Part shown: piece by piece, positions 1 to 8,009 of the stretch
Layout: every line of letters begins with the position of its first letter
Numbering within the stretch: the stretch's first letter is position 1
From: Trichlorobacter lovleyi SZ
GTDB taxonomy: Bacteria; Desulfobacterota; Desulfuromonadia; Geobacterales; Pseudopelobacteraceae
DNA: 32,000 nt
Direction: 5' to 3'
Assembly (NCBI RefSeq): GCF_000020385.1
Contig: NC_010814.1
Span: 1,470,001 to 1,502,000, forward strand
Translations under genes and position numbers: made by a program
The notes under the pieces: model-generated
The model's database searches: none
What the model was told of the DNA's origin: nothing
The model's input: only the letters and a program-made list of their open reading frames with translations

Positions 1-709
1 GGCGCCGATAGGTTGCGATGGAAACGTAATGGTCGGTTTCTTTCCCCCCCTTCTCCACGGTAGCAACAATACCAATCGGCTTGCGGGTGACCGGATCAGG
101 GATGATGCCGCGCAGGCCAGTTGCCGTCAGGGGATTCTTTAATCTGCGGTTACTCGGTGCGCCGACCCCTTCGGTACGAAGGCCCCCTTCATACTGCAGC
201 GACGCCTGGAGCTGGAATGTCTTGCTCCTGATGGTCGCTATGAGCAGTACCGGGTCTGGATATGCCCGGTTATCGAATACCTTGCTCGATTTTCGCAACA
301 CTCTTCGGCTCAGGGCATAGTACTCAAGCCGGAGTGGTTCCGTCTCCACTAATGGGACGTCAAGGCAATGCTGGCGGATGTAAAGGTTCAGGGCATACTC
401 GAACTTTCCCAGTGCCGAGAGCATAGTCTCCATGGTCTGGCGGGAGCGTTTCTTTTCGTAATAGTAGGTCAGCATGTGCTCCAGATACTCCGCCATGTCG
501 TCGTGTACCGACAGGGTGTCCAGCAGGCTGGTCCGGCCTTTGCCGATCATGAAGTCGACAAAGCGATGGGCATGGCTTCTGTAAGAATCCCAGGAGCCGA
601 AGGATCGTAATCCGAATGGATTGCTCTTTTTCATTTCCCGGATCGAACGAATCCCATGAAATATTGCTTCCATCTGCGAATGTGGTGATGTTGGCCATCG
701 ATGATTCAT
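1..709 (-). CDS. tyrosine recombinase (phage-integrase family), C-terminus beyond left window edge
   Basis: The minus-strand frame is open from ATG at 709 (GAGGAA 8 nt upstream) to the window edge, so it is absent from the ORF track. Translation: MNHRWPTSPHSQMEAIFHGIRSIREMKKSNPFGLRSFGSWDSYRSHAHRFVDFM...NRAYPDP...YEGGLRTEG...VEKGGKETDHYVSI. This is collinear with the recombinase at 7119-8009 (GRAYTGE, ACGLRAHEL, SGKGGLRRTVMIS). The track ORF 360-839(-) is an out-of-frame shadow of it. Confidence 0.6.
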   Translation of the reverse strand, partial: MNHRWPTSPHSQMEAIFHGIRSIREMKKSNPFGLRSFGSWDSYRSHAHRFVDFMIGKGRTSLLDTLSVHDDMAEYLEHMLTYYYEKKRSRQTMETMLSALGKFEYALNLYIRQHCLDVPLVETEPLRLEYYALSRRVLRKSSKVFDNRAYPDPVLLIATIRSKTFQLQASLQYEGGLRTEGVGAPSNRRLKNPLTATGLRGIIPDPVTRKPIGIVATVEKGGKETDHYVSIATYRR

Positions 710-925
710 GTTTTAGTTCCTCTGGCCGTTGCCGGCCTGCGTGGTAAGATGACATGCTCTTTTTCCGGCATCGCCATGCCGACGGTAGCAGCTCCGTCTT
801 CCTGCTTTTCGTAGTGTCCCTTATATGTGGACCTGGCAAGGATTCCTGCCAATAGTCTGCTGTCTGTCGTGAACCGGGACTCTACCGGTGGATCACGTTA
901 AACAGGTCCTCGATTGTGCCTGCCA

Positions 926-1068
926 GAAAATGCCTTTCCAGGGCGCCGGACTTCGGGGGTATTCCCGGTCCTTCCTCAGATTCCGGATCAACAGATACAT
1001 ATCGTTGAGCGGAAACGCCTTTCCATGGGCGCCGAACCGGGAGTATTCCGGTCGTCTTCGGATTTCTG
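926..1068. repeat. two ~45-bp imperfect direct repeats (period ~85 bp) with ATTCC(C)GGxTC sub-repeats; candidate iterons
   Basis: 926-970 GAAAATGCCTTTCCAGGGCGCCGGACTTCGGGGGTATTCCCGGTC matches 1011-1053 GGAAACGCCTTTCCATGGGCGCCGAACCGGGAGTATTCCGGTC. The ATTCCGG-type motif starts at 961, 980 and 1045. The repeats lie just downstream of the Rep-like gene, next to an AT-rich tract (about 1207-1257). Confidence 0.4.
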
Positions 1069-1287
1069 ACTGCGTACGGTCATGCGAGGGGGAGGTGCGT
1101 GTACCTCGACATGAAAGGGCTCTGCTTAGGTTGGCCAATCCCGTGGGTGGTGTCCGGCCGGGCCAAGTGGCTCGACGGCTCTGGGTACACCGGGCAATGA
1201 TGCTGCGAAAAATCTCTCCTATCTGAAAAGTTGTAACTGTTTTGTTTGTTTCCTAATACCCGGCAACATATTGATTACTTGTCGCTT

Positions 1288-2274
1288 TCACGGCGATGGC
1301 TCAATAGTGGCTCCGGTATTTGTGATCATTTGTTTGCGACAGCCCCAAGCCTTTGACTTGGCAAGTGCAACCACTCCTATCTCCGGAATGAACTTACCAA
1401 TTGGCGATGAATTCTTTTCATCTTCGATGAATTTATTTTGGTCCGCTTCGGACAGGGAGTGCCAGTAGTCATCACGTTCTTTTGACTCCTGTGCTTCCGC
1501 CTTCTTCAGTTCCTCATGCTTATCGTCTTCGGCACGTTTCCGTTCTGCGGCCGCCTCTGCATTGGCAGCGCGAACATGCGGGGGCTCGTACCATTCCGGT
1601 ACGACGAGATTCACACAGAATGTTTGGAGATAGCCGCCGGGGTTCTTGATTTCTTTGCGCTCACGTCGCCATTTTTCTGCGGCAATATCAGCAGCCTGCA
1701 TAACCCTTTCGTTACCGTGGCGCTTGATCAGAATCCTCACCTCTTTTTCAGAGATTTTTGACAATGGCGTGCCGGATAACAACAACCTGATTTCTTCTGT
1801 TGTTGTCGTTTCACTATTTGATTCTCTTGTATGATTCTCTTTGGGTGACATATCTGACACCAGGTGGTGTCGTTTATGACACTGGGGGGTAGTGACATTT
1901 GTGACACCACCCCTGGTGTCATTTTTGTCACCAGGGTCCGTAAGACCATCATCTGAAAAAGTCTGGTGCCAGAGAAAAGCATAGATATTGGAAGTAAAAC
2001 CACCATCACCCTTCTTTCGCCCGACCGGTTTGATCAAGCCATAATCGACAAGTTCCTTCACGGCCCTTATGGCCTGACGGCGTTCCACGCCGACGTCACC
2101 GGCAAGAGTTTTATAGCTCGGATACGCCTGCCCGTTTTGGCCGGCATACTGACAAAGCTTCCCGAAAACCAGTTTTGCTGTCGAAGACAATTCGGTGCTC
2201 CTTGAGATGGCATTCGGAATAATGCAACCGATAAACAGGCGCCAAGGATTGTAGAATTCGCCTGCAGAGTGCAT
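1288..2274 (-). CDS. winged-helix/HTH domain protein, putative replication initiator of the element
   Basis: 328-aa ORF. The N-terminus (STELSSTAKLVFGKLCQYAGQNGQAYPSYKTLAGDVGVERRQAIRAVKELVDYGLIKPVGR) looks like the HTH_36/DnaD-type winged helix of phage and plasmid Rep proteins. The centre is acidic or low-complexity, and the C-terminus is charged. The start codon abuts the stop of the upstream excisionase-like gene (TAAATG), suggesting one operon. Confidence 0.55.
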   Translation of the reverse strand: MHSAGEFYNPWRLFIGCIIPNAISRSTELSSTAKLVFGKLCQYAGQNGQAYPSYKTLAGDVGVERRQAIRAVKELVDYGLIKPVGRKKGDGGFTSNIYAFLWHQTFSDDGLTDPGDKNDTRGGVTNVTTPQCHKRHHLVSDMSPKENHTRESNSETTTTEEIRLLLSGTPLSKISEKEVRILIKRHGNERVMQAADIAAEKWRRERKEIKNPGGYLQTFCVNLVVPEWYEPPHVRAANAEAAAERKRAEDDKHEELKKAEAQESKERDDYWHSLSEADQNKFIEDEKNSSPIGKFIPEIGVVALAKSKAWGCRKQMITNTGATIEPSP

Positions 2275-2529
2275 TTATCGTGAGGTCAAAATTATCAGCA
2301 CAATGGCCAATGCAACCCGGTACATCTCCAGCCAGCGGTCAAGGTCATCTTTCAAATAGATGATCTTCCGACCAAGCTTGATGAACGGTGGAGGAGGCAT
2401 GCGGTTTTCTCGACGGCCTTCACAACGACCTTGACGTAATGAAATTGCCGCAACACCAATATATTCAGCAGCAGCATTTTCAGACATTCCTCGTGGTGTG
2501 ATTGATGGCTCTGACAATTTCTTTCCCAT
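2275..2529 (-). CDS. excisionase/AlpA-family HTH DNA-binding protein
   Basis: The sequence MGKKLSEPSITPRGMSENAAAEYIGVAAISLRQ...FIKLGRKIIYLKDDLDRWLE shows the MerR-like HTH_17/excisionase pattern. The RBS AAGGGAG lies 8-9 nt before ATG at 2529. The GTG at 2538 in the track has no spacing to that RBS. Confidence 0.6.
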   Translation of the reverse strand: MGKKLSEPSITPRGMSENAAAEYIGVAAISLRQGRCEGRRENRMPPPPFIKLGRKIIYLKDDLDRWLEMYRVALAIVLIILTSR

Positions 2530-2600
2530 AATTTGCACTCCCTTCAGTTCTTCGTAGAATTTTGAATCATATAATGTTATGTTTTGTCATACCATGGTAC

Positions 2601-2627
2601 ACATTTAACGCAATATGCGTTAAATGT
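2601..2627. promoter_or_regulatory. perfect 12-bp-arm inverted repeat (candidate operator) in the divergent repressor/excisionase intergenic region
   Basis: ACATTTAACGCA-ATA-TGCGTTAAATGT. It sits between the divergently transcribed genes ending at 2529 and starting at 2657. A TATAAT hexamer is at 2570-2575. Confidence 0.55.
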
Positions 2628-2656
2628 CAATACTGATATCGCATTTTGAGGCCAAG

Positions 2657-3379
2657 ATGTTTGTAGCGAGATCCGCAAGCGAAGTACTCGATGAAATTCG
2701 GCGAATGAAGGGGCTTGGCTCCGATGCTGCTCTGGGAGATGTATTCGGGGTCAGGCAGTCGACGGTGTCTTCTTGGCGGGCTCGTAACTCGCTACCCTAT
2801 GAAGAAATTATCGCGTTCTGTGTCAGAGAGGGGATTTCTACCGATAATCTGTTGCTTCATCAAGGACCGGTCAGAATTATTAAAGAGAAGATCGGAGACT
2901 CCGGCAGGCCGGTTACCGTAACGATTGAGATCGATGATTTGTTCACCACACGGTTGATGCGAGAACTTGGGGAGAGGACAGTAGAGTGGCTTGCCGGGGA
3001 AAGCGGCTTAGAAACGGCCAGGGTTGAAGATATAATGGCCGGTCAGGATCTGCCTACCGTTGACGAGCTTGAATCCATTGCCGATACGCTGGATGTTAGT
3101 ATGAGTTGGCTGGCCCAGAGAAGCACGATTTCAAGTGAAAATTGGATGTTTGAGTTCTTCAAGAAGGGTGGTAAGGCAGTCTTTCCAGCGGAAATTTTCA
3201 AAGCATATTTGCTGGCGGCAGAAAATTACATCGAAAAAATGCAGGGCCTCGTAAAGTTATCCCCAGAACTCAAGGCTGATGTCATTACTACGGCATGTCG
3301 GGTACATATGAAAGAAACACCGAACAGTACAGATGTAAATGTGGAGTTGATCAGATATCTTCTGATGTTGCCAAGGTAA
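2657..3379 (+). CDS. phage CI-type repressor with two HTH modules, no S24 peptidase domain
   Basis: The N-terminus (EVLDEIRRMKGLGSDAALGDVFGVRQSTVSSWRARNSLPYEEIIAFCVREGISTDNLLLHQG) resembles the Phage_CI_repr HTH. A second XRE-like module follows (TVEWLAGESGLETARVEDIMAGQDLPTVDELESIADTLDVSMSWLAQ). GAGG lies 5 nt before ATG at 2657. The in-frame ATG at 2624 overlaps the palindrome and lacks an RBS. Confidence 0.6.
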   Translation: MFVARSASEVLDEIRRMKGLGSDAALGDVFGVRQSTVSSWRARNSLPYEEIIAFCVREGISTDNLLLHQGPVRIIKEKIGDSGRPVTVTIEIDDLFTTRLMRELGERTVEWLAGESGLETARVEDIMAGQDLPTVDELESIADTLDVSMSWLAQRSTISSENWMFEFFKKGGKAVFPAEIFKAYLLAAENYIEKMQGLVKLSPELKADVITTACRVHMKETPNSTDVNVELIRYLLMLPR

Positions 3380-3384
3380 AACCG

Positions 3385-4650
3385 TTACTTCTTCTTGACT
3401 AGCAGTCCAACTGCAGCAGCTTTATGTTCTGGTGCAAGATGGGCATACCGTAGGGTCATTTTCAGATCAGAATGCCCCAGCAGCTCACGAACCGTATTCA
3501 GATCAACTCCAGCCATCACCAACCAGCTTGCGAAATGGTGCCGCATATCGTGCCAGCGAAAGTTTTTTATCTGAGCAGCATCCAATACGGCCTTCCATGA
3601 CTTGTTCACGTTGTCCAAAGTCTTTTTGCCATCCCTGCCCGGAAATACCACGTCACCACTCGATTGCTTTTTCCAGTCCTTCAGGGCATTCAAAGCGATA
3701 CTGTTCAAGGGGACATGGCGGGTCTTTCCGCTTTTGGCTTTGTCGCCAATAACCGTAACCAGTGCCTTTTTCATATCTACCGAGTCCCAGGCCAAGCTGG
3801 CAAGTTCTCCCCAACGTATGCCGGTATTGAGAGAGACGAGGATCATGGGCTTCAAGTGATCCGCAAATGAGACAGAGTTCAGATCGGTATATAACGGGTA
3901 ACCTCTCTCCTTGCGCCACAAGTTAGCGGTTGCCCGTTCTGCCCGTGCCACTTCCTCCCGATCATCAAGAGCTTTCAAAAGTCGCTTTTCTTCATCGGCA
4001 GACAAGAAGCGCACTTTTGCCACGCTGTCGACTTTTAACGGTTTCACTTTTGCGAGGGGATGATGTTCAAGATGTTCCCATTCGACCGCCTTTGAGAGGA
4101 ATGCCTTTATCGCTGTGAGATCACGGTTACATGTTGCGGGTCGTTTGCTGTCCTTCAATCGCCCGGTACGCCACTTATCGACGATCAGAGGAGTAATTTC
4201 CGTAAGTGGCAGTTCAAGGAAATCAGAAAAACGGGATTTGAGCCTTTTGACAGTGGCTTTGCCATCTTTTCGTTGAGCTTCCGCCCAAGGAGAATATTCA
4301 TCTTCGAGGAAGGACTTGAAAGTGTGACTCACCTTGGGATGCTGCTTTTCAACTTTCGGGTTTATACCGTCTTTGATATTGCGAAGAATTTTTTCAGCTT
4401 TATCTCGCGCCTGGGCTGGTGTATATAAAGTGTGTCTGCCGATAATGATCCGTGATTGTTTACCACCTGGCAGTCTATAGCGAACAAGATACGTTTTTGC
4501 TCCAGGAATTATTTCACCTTTTTTGGAGACCGTGTCAGGATAAATCTTAAGCGTGAATCCTTTGAGCTTTGTATCGTTGATTTCAAAAGTCTTTTCTTTA
4601 GAATTGACCTTATTGCTTCGCAACAGCTCAACACCAATGTTTTCTTTCAT
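3385..4650 (-). CDS. int: tyrosine integrase, P4-type with N-terminal Arm (DUF4102-like) domain
   Basis: The Arm-like N-terminus is LKGFTLKIYPD...KTYLVRYRLPGGKQSRIIIGRHTLYTPAQARDKAEKILRNIKDGINP. The catalytic region is NTGIRWGEL ... WHDMRHHFASWLVMAGVDLNTVRELLGHSDLKMTLRYAHL. GGGGG RBS lies before ATG at 4650. The gene is adjacent to the tRNA-derived att repeat. Confidence 0.85.
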   Translation of the reverse strand: MKENIGVELLRSNKVNSKEKTFEINDTKLKGFTLKIYPDTVSKKGEIIPGAKTYLVRYRLPGGKQSRIIIGRHTLYTPAQARDKAEKILRNIKDGINPKVEKQHPKVSHTFKSFLEDEYSPWAEAQRKDGKATVKRLKSRFSDFLELPLTEITPLIVDKWRTGRLKDSKRPATCNRDLTAIKAFLSKAVEWEHLEHHPLAKVKPLKVDSVAKVRFLSADEEKRLLKALDDREEVARAERATANLWRKERGYPLYTDLNSVSFADHLKPMILVSLNTGIRWGELASLAWDSVDMKKALVTVIGDKAKSGKTRHVPLNSIALNALKDWKKQSSGDVVFPGRDGKKTLDNVNKSWKAVLDAAQIKNFRWHDMRHHFASWLVMAGVDLNTVRELLGHSDLKMTLRYAHLAPEHKAAAVGLLVKKK

Positions 4651-4837
4651 ATTACCCCCTGCAACTTCATGGAGCACTCATGGAGCACATTTTGAATATA
4701 TCACGGGGTAATACGGCAAACAATGATAAACAAGCAACCAGACTCAATATGCTGTTTATAATAGGTTTTATTGATTATTATTGTATATGGCCGTTCACTG
4801 GAGAAAATATAATTTCGGCTTTCACACGGCAGGGGTC

Positions 4838-4866
4838 ACTGGTTCAATCCCAGTAGCGCGCACCAA
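4838..4866 (+). repeat. tRNA 3'-end fragment (T-arm + acceptor 3' strand + ACCA); att junction shared by elements A and B
   Basis: ACTGG TTCAATC CCAGT forms a T-arm, followed by AGCGCGC, A and CCA. No complementary 5' acceptor strand (GCGCGCT) and no D or anticodon arms are present upstream, so this is not a complete tRNA. The 19-bp TCCCAGTAGCGCGCACCAA (4848-4866) is repeated at 24314-24332. Confidence 0.75.
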
Positions 4867-4916
4867 TTTTAATAATATCGGCATGTTGAACCAATGAATG
4901 TTTGCTGCATTACATT

Positions 4917-4932
4917 TTGCGAACATTTTTGG
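4917..4932 (+). repeat. 16-bp repeat TTGCGAACATTTTTGG (candidate integrase arm-type site), partner at 24243-24258
   Basis: Identical 16-mers lie in direct orientation just inside each end of island B. The similarity extends, with mismatches, upstream (TTTGCT..ACA..). Confidence 0.45.
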
Positions 4933-4940
4933 AGTGAGAC

Positions 4941-6677
4941 ATGCCGAAGTCGTTTCTGGCCCTGAGAAACGGTCGCTATCACTACGTGCGCCGTGTCCCG
5001 TCTGACCTTGTATCACTTTTCCCCTCACCAGTAATATCACGCAGTCTTCACACCACTGACCGTAAGTATGCTACTATTATCGCGTCGGCATGGGAATATA
5101 AGACCCATCAACTCTTTCTCCAGCTGAGGTCAGGTATGCTTGATGCACAACTTATGGACTATTTGATTGCCAGGTATCTCAACTCTGGCCTGCAAGCACT
5201 TGAGAGCATGGCTTATGGCAGGAAACCGCGCCGTGAAGAGTTTTCGACACCAGTGGCAATACGTGAACAATTTTCACCGTATGTTGCTGACCGGTCTGGT
5301 TTAGTGGCAGAAGAGATTCAGCAGATGCGTCAAGCTGTAATCAATAAAAATATTGAAGCAGCATACCCATATTTAGAAAGCTATTTAAAACCTGTTCTAA
5401 AAAGCGAATACAAGGTTAGTAGATTGTCTACTCATGAACACCTTGAACTGTCAGTGCGGCTCTTACAGACGCTTAGAACATTAGCATTGGCAGAAGAAGA
5501 GATTTTGAACGGCAACCTTGATCCGTTAACGGAATTAAGCTCAAAAGTTAAGGCGGGGTTGGAAAAACCTTATTTGGCGCTTGATAAAGTCATTGAACGT
5601 TATTCAGAGAAGTATAAAACAGATAATCATCCTATGGAGAAACGTGCTGAACAACACCTTGATACGGAATTGGATGTCATCCAAGAGATTTTTGGTAATG
5701 TTAGCCTTGATTTTGTCAACTCGCGTGAGGGCATTGTTAATTGTAAAAAAATCCTTAAAAAATACCCGTTGAATCGAGTGCAGCGTTTTGGTAAAAGGCC
5801 GAACCAAGAGGCCAAACCTAGTGAAAGGGTCCGTTCATTACAAGATATTATCAAGAATGAAGAGAGCTGTGAGGTGATCAAGCCTCAGACGGCAAATGCC
5901 TATATCAAGCGCCTCAAGGCAATAATAGATTATGCGAACGACTATGAAGAATTTGATCAGAGGAACAGGTGGGAAAATGAGTTGTTTCCTGTTAGAGCGG
6001 AAGACGAAAAGAAACGTAATCCTTATGATCAAGAAGATATAGATAGGTTGATAACCGCCATTTGCTCTCAAAACCTTTGGGTGTATGGCGATCCAAAGCC
6101 TGAAAGATTTTGGATTATCTTGATAGCGTTGTTGCAGGGGTTTCGGTTGGGTAATATTACTCGCCTTGGGAAGAAAGATGTTTTTCGGCGTAACGGAGTC
6201 TGGGTGTTTCGCCTAGTGAAAGGAAAGACGAAAAACACCGTTGATATGGTCTATCCGATCAATGATTGTTTGATTTTACTTGGTTTTATTGAGTGGGTGG
6301 ATTCATTGCAGCGAGACAATTTGTTCCAGGACACTTCTAAGCAGGCAAGTGTCTGGTATAACCGTATGGACCGCAATGAAGACGGCTCAGTTAAAGCTGC
6401 TGGATTCGAATACTCCCATGTTACCAAGGATGAATCGAAATGTTTGTATAGTCTGCGCCATAATTACGGCGGAGAGGTGTATTCGGTGACTACAGATATT
6501 AAGGCAACGGCAGCAGCAATGGGACACGCACCGATAGCAGGTGCTATAACCAATCGCTATATAGGTGAACTGAAGTTGAAAACAAGGCAGGAACTTGCCA
6601 GTAAGCTGAAATTCGATATCGACTTGGATGCGTTGGAGAAGCGAGTTGAAGAGCTATTCGGGATTAAGCCAAGCTAA
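4941..6677 (+). CDS. int: tyrosine integrase with DUF6538-like N-terminal domain
   Basis: The N-terminus (LRNGRYHYVRRVPSDLVSLFPSPVISRSLHTTDRKYA) matches the DUF6538-type pattern. The C-terminal catalytic region is LLQGFRLGNITRL ... LYSLRHNYGGEVY ... AAAMGHAPIAGAITNRYIGE. It is the first gene inside the att repeat. Confidence 0.8.
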   Translation: MPKSFLALRNGRYHYVRRVPSDLVSLFPSPVISRSLHTTDRKYATIIASAWEYKTHQLFLQLRSGMLDAQLMDYLIARYLNSGLQALESMAYGRKPRREEFSTPVAIREQFSPYVADRSGLVAEEIQQMRQAVINKNIEAAYPYLESYLKPVLKSEYKVSRLSTHEHLELSVRLLQTLRTLALAEEEILNGNLDPLTELSSKVKAGLEKPYLALDKVIERYSEKYKTDNHPMEKRAEQHLDTELDVIQEIFGNVSLDFVNSREGIVNCKKILKKYPLNRVQRFGKRPNQEAKPSERVRSLQDIIKNEESCEVIKPQTANAYIKRLKAIIDYANDYEEFDQRNRWENELFPVRAEDEKKRNPYDQEDIDRLITAICSQNLWVYGDPKPERFWIILIALLQGFRLGNITRLGKKDVFRRNGVWVFRLVKGKTKNTVDMVYPINDCLILLGFIEWVDSLQRDNLFQDTSKQASVWYNRMDRNEDGSVKAAGFEYSHVTKDESKCLYSLRHNYGGEVYSVTTDIKATAAAMGHAPIAGAITNRYIGELKLKTRQELASKLKFDIDLDALEKRVEELFGIKPS

Positions 6678-6708
6678 GTCCCGTTTAATCAAATAGGAAG
6701 ATCAATCA

Positions 6709-6737
6709 ACGCCCCGACAGTTTCGGGGCGTTTTTGT
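6709..6737 (+). terminator. rho-independent terminator after integrase B
   Basis: ACGCCCCGA-CAGTT-TCGGGGCGT followed by TTTTTG. Confidence 0.7.
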
Positions 6738-6888
6738 TTGAGTTGCAGTTTTTATTGCGCAGACGCCATCTTCTTGTTGTTGCGTGCATAGCTGGTTCAC
6801 TGCTCGCTGGGTCAGACTCTGAACCGACCCAGCAAGCAGGCACCAGCACTGCAATAGCGCCCATTAGGCGCAACGGAGGATGCGCACG

Positions 6889-7116
6889 ATGATAGATCAA
6901 CTCACAGCAGAGCTGGCAGCCATCCGCCAGCAGCGTCGTGTTGCCAGATGGCGACGCTATTACCGATCACGCCTCGACAGGTTCAGGGCGGAGATCGTAG
7001 CCCTGCGCCGAGCCGGAGCCACGCTGGCCGAGATCGTCGCCTGGTTACGAAAAAGACGCTGCAAGGTCGTTTGCTCGACCATCAGCCGCTACCTGGCTCG
7101 TCTGCCAGAGGTGTAG
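6889..7116 (+). CDS. small Arg-rich HTH protein coupled to the downstream recombinase
   Basis: MIDQLTAELAAIRQQRR...GATLAEIVAWLRKRRCKVVCSTISRYLARLPEV, with a Hin/resolvase-like C-terminal HTH. GGAGG lies 9 nt before ATG at 6889; the ATG at 6880 is too close to the SD. The stop is 2 nt before the next start. Confidence 0.5.
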   Translation: MIDQLTAELAAIRQQRRVARWRRYYRSRLDRFRAEIVALRRAGATLAEIVAWLRKRRCKVVCSTISRYLARLPEV

Positions 7117-7118
7117 CC

Positions 7119-8009
7119 ATGCCTAGTTTCCGTTCTGGGCGTGACCAAGCCCGACACGCCGTCAAACAACTTGCCGACATCGGCACCAGTCGCCATGCAA
7201 ACCGTGACGACGGACGGGTGCGATCACTCCGCACTGCCCGCAATTATGAGCAGGCCCTGTCAGGTTTGACTTCCTGGCTCCAGAACAACCGCCTCGGCAG
7301 TCTGCGCGACCTCGACCGTGACACCGCTCTGCGTTACCTCGGCGAGCGTTCCGAGCAGGTCCGACAACCCACGCTTGACCAAGACCGGCAGGCGATCCAG
7401 GCGCTGCTGTCTGAAAAGTTGCCACGTGTGGTATCTGAGTTGTCGTCGGCCCTATCAGGGCGGGCATACACCGGTGAACAGCTGGCAGCCATCGCAGCCG
7501 CCCAGACCGAGCGACATGCTCTAGCGACTGAGTTGGCGGCTGCCTGTGGGCTGAGGGCGCATGAGCTCCTGACCATTCGCCGGATCGAAGAGCAGCAGCC
7601 GAGCGGTCATCGGACCTGGCGGCCTGATATTCATACAGGTCGAGAGGGGGTGCTGTATGTTGTTAGCGGCAAAGGGGGGCTGAGGAGGACAGTCATGATC
7701 TCGGCTAACTTGGCCGACCGTCTGGAGGCCCGACGGCTGGATCAGGGGCTGATCGTGATGGACCGTGGCATTCGATATAAAGCCTGTTACGATATCGGCG
7801 GCGGTCAAGCCTGGTCGTCGTCGTTTGGATCGGCAAGTCGGCGGGTGCTGGGATGGAGTACTGGAGCCCACGGCTGCCGTCACAGCTATGCTCAGGCGAG
7901 GATGGACGAATTGCAGTCGGCAGGTTACCGCTACAAGGATGCGTTGCTCACTGTGAGCCAGGAAATGGGTCATTTTCGTGCGTCTATTACTGAAGTCTAT
8001 CTTCGTTGA
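7119..8009 (+). CDS. tyrosine site-specific recombinase
   Basis: The sequence MPSFRSGRDQARHAVKQL... contains CGLRAHEL (box I Arg), GAHGCRHSYA (H-x-x-R) and GHFRASITEVYLR (catalytic Tyr). The start at 7119 directly follows the upstream stop. The longer track ORF from 6948 overlaps the small-HTH gene in another frame. Confidence 0.75.
   Translation: MPSFRSGRDQARHAVKQLADIGTSRHANRDDGRVRSLRTARNYEQALSGLTSWLQNNRLGSLRDLDRDTALRYLGERSEQVRQPTLDQDRQAIQALLSEKLPRVVSELSSALSGRAYTGEQLAAIAAAQTERHALATELAAACGLRAHELLTIRRIEEQQPSGHRTWRPDIHTGREGVLYVVSGKGGLRRTVMISANLADRLEARRLDQGLIVMDRGIRYKACYDIGGGQAWSSSFGSASRRVLGWSTGAHGCRHSYAQARMDELQSAGYRYKDALLTVSQEMGHFRASITEVYLR

Larger units (their letters stand above)
1..4866. 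mobile_element. integrative element A (partial; right end at the tRNA-derived repeat)
   Basis: An int, CI-like repressor, excisionase-like, Rep-like and candidate ori module ends at the 19-bp tRNA 3'-end repeat (4848-4866). The left boundary is outside the window. Confidence 0.55.

Noticed and set aside
360-839. Track ORF 360-839(-), 159 aa
   Set aside because: It is out of frame with the recombinase-like reading frame that runs from 709 to the window edge. Its translation is Arg/Pro/His-rich with no motif. It is best explained as a shadow of the real gene.
888-1226. Track ORFs 888-1226(+) and 893-1138(-)
   Set aside because: They overlap each other on opposite strands, lack RBSs, and have an unnatural Arg/Pro/Ser-rich composition. 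Their internal similarity is explained by the DNA direct repeats at 926-970 and 1011-1053. I treat the region as non-coding (candidate ori) rather than as genes.
4790-4865. Complete tRNA gene ending at the CCA at 4865
   Set aside because: Only the T-arm and the 3' acceptor strand fold. The expected 5' acceptor strand GCGCGCT, the D-arm and a paired anticodon stem are absent upstream. The segment is an att-site fragment, and I could not assign an isoacceptor.
6948-7118. Long N-terminal extension of the recombinase (track start 6948)
   Set aside because: The extension overlaps the small-HTH gene in another frame and is Arg/Pro-rich. The ATG at 7119 directly follows that gene's stop and begins sequence that aligns with the paralogue at 1-709.
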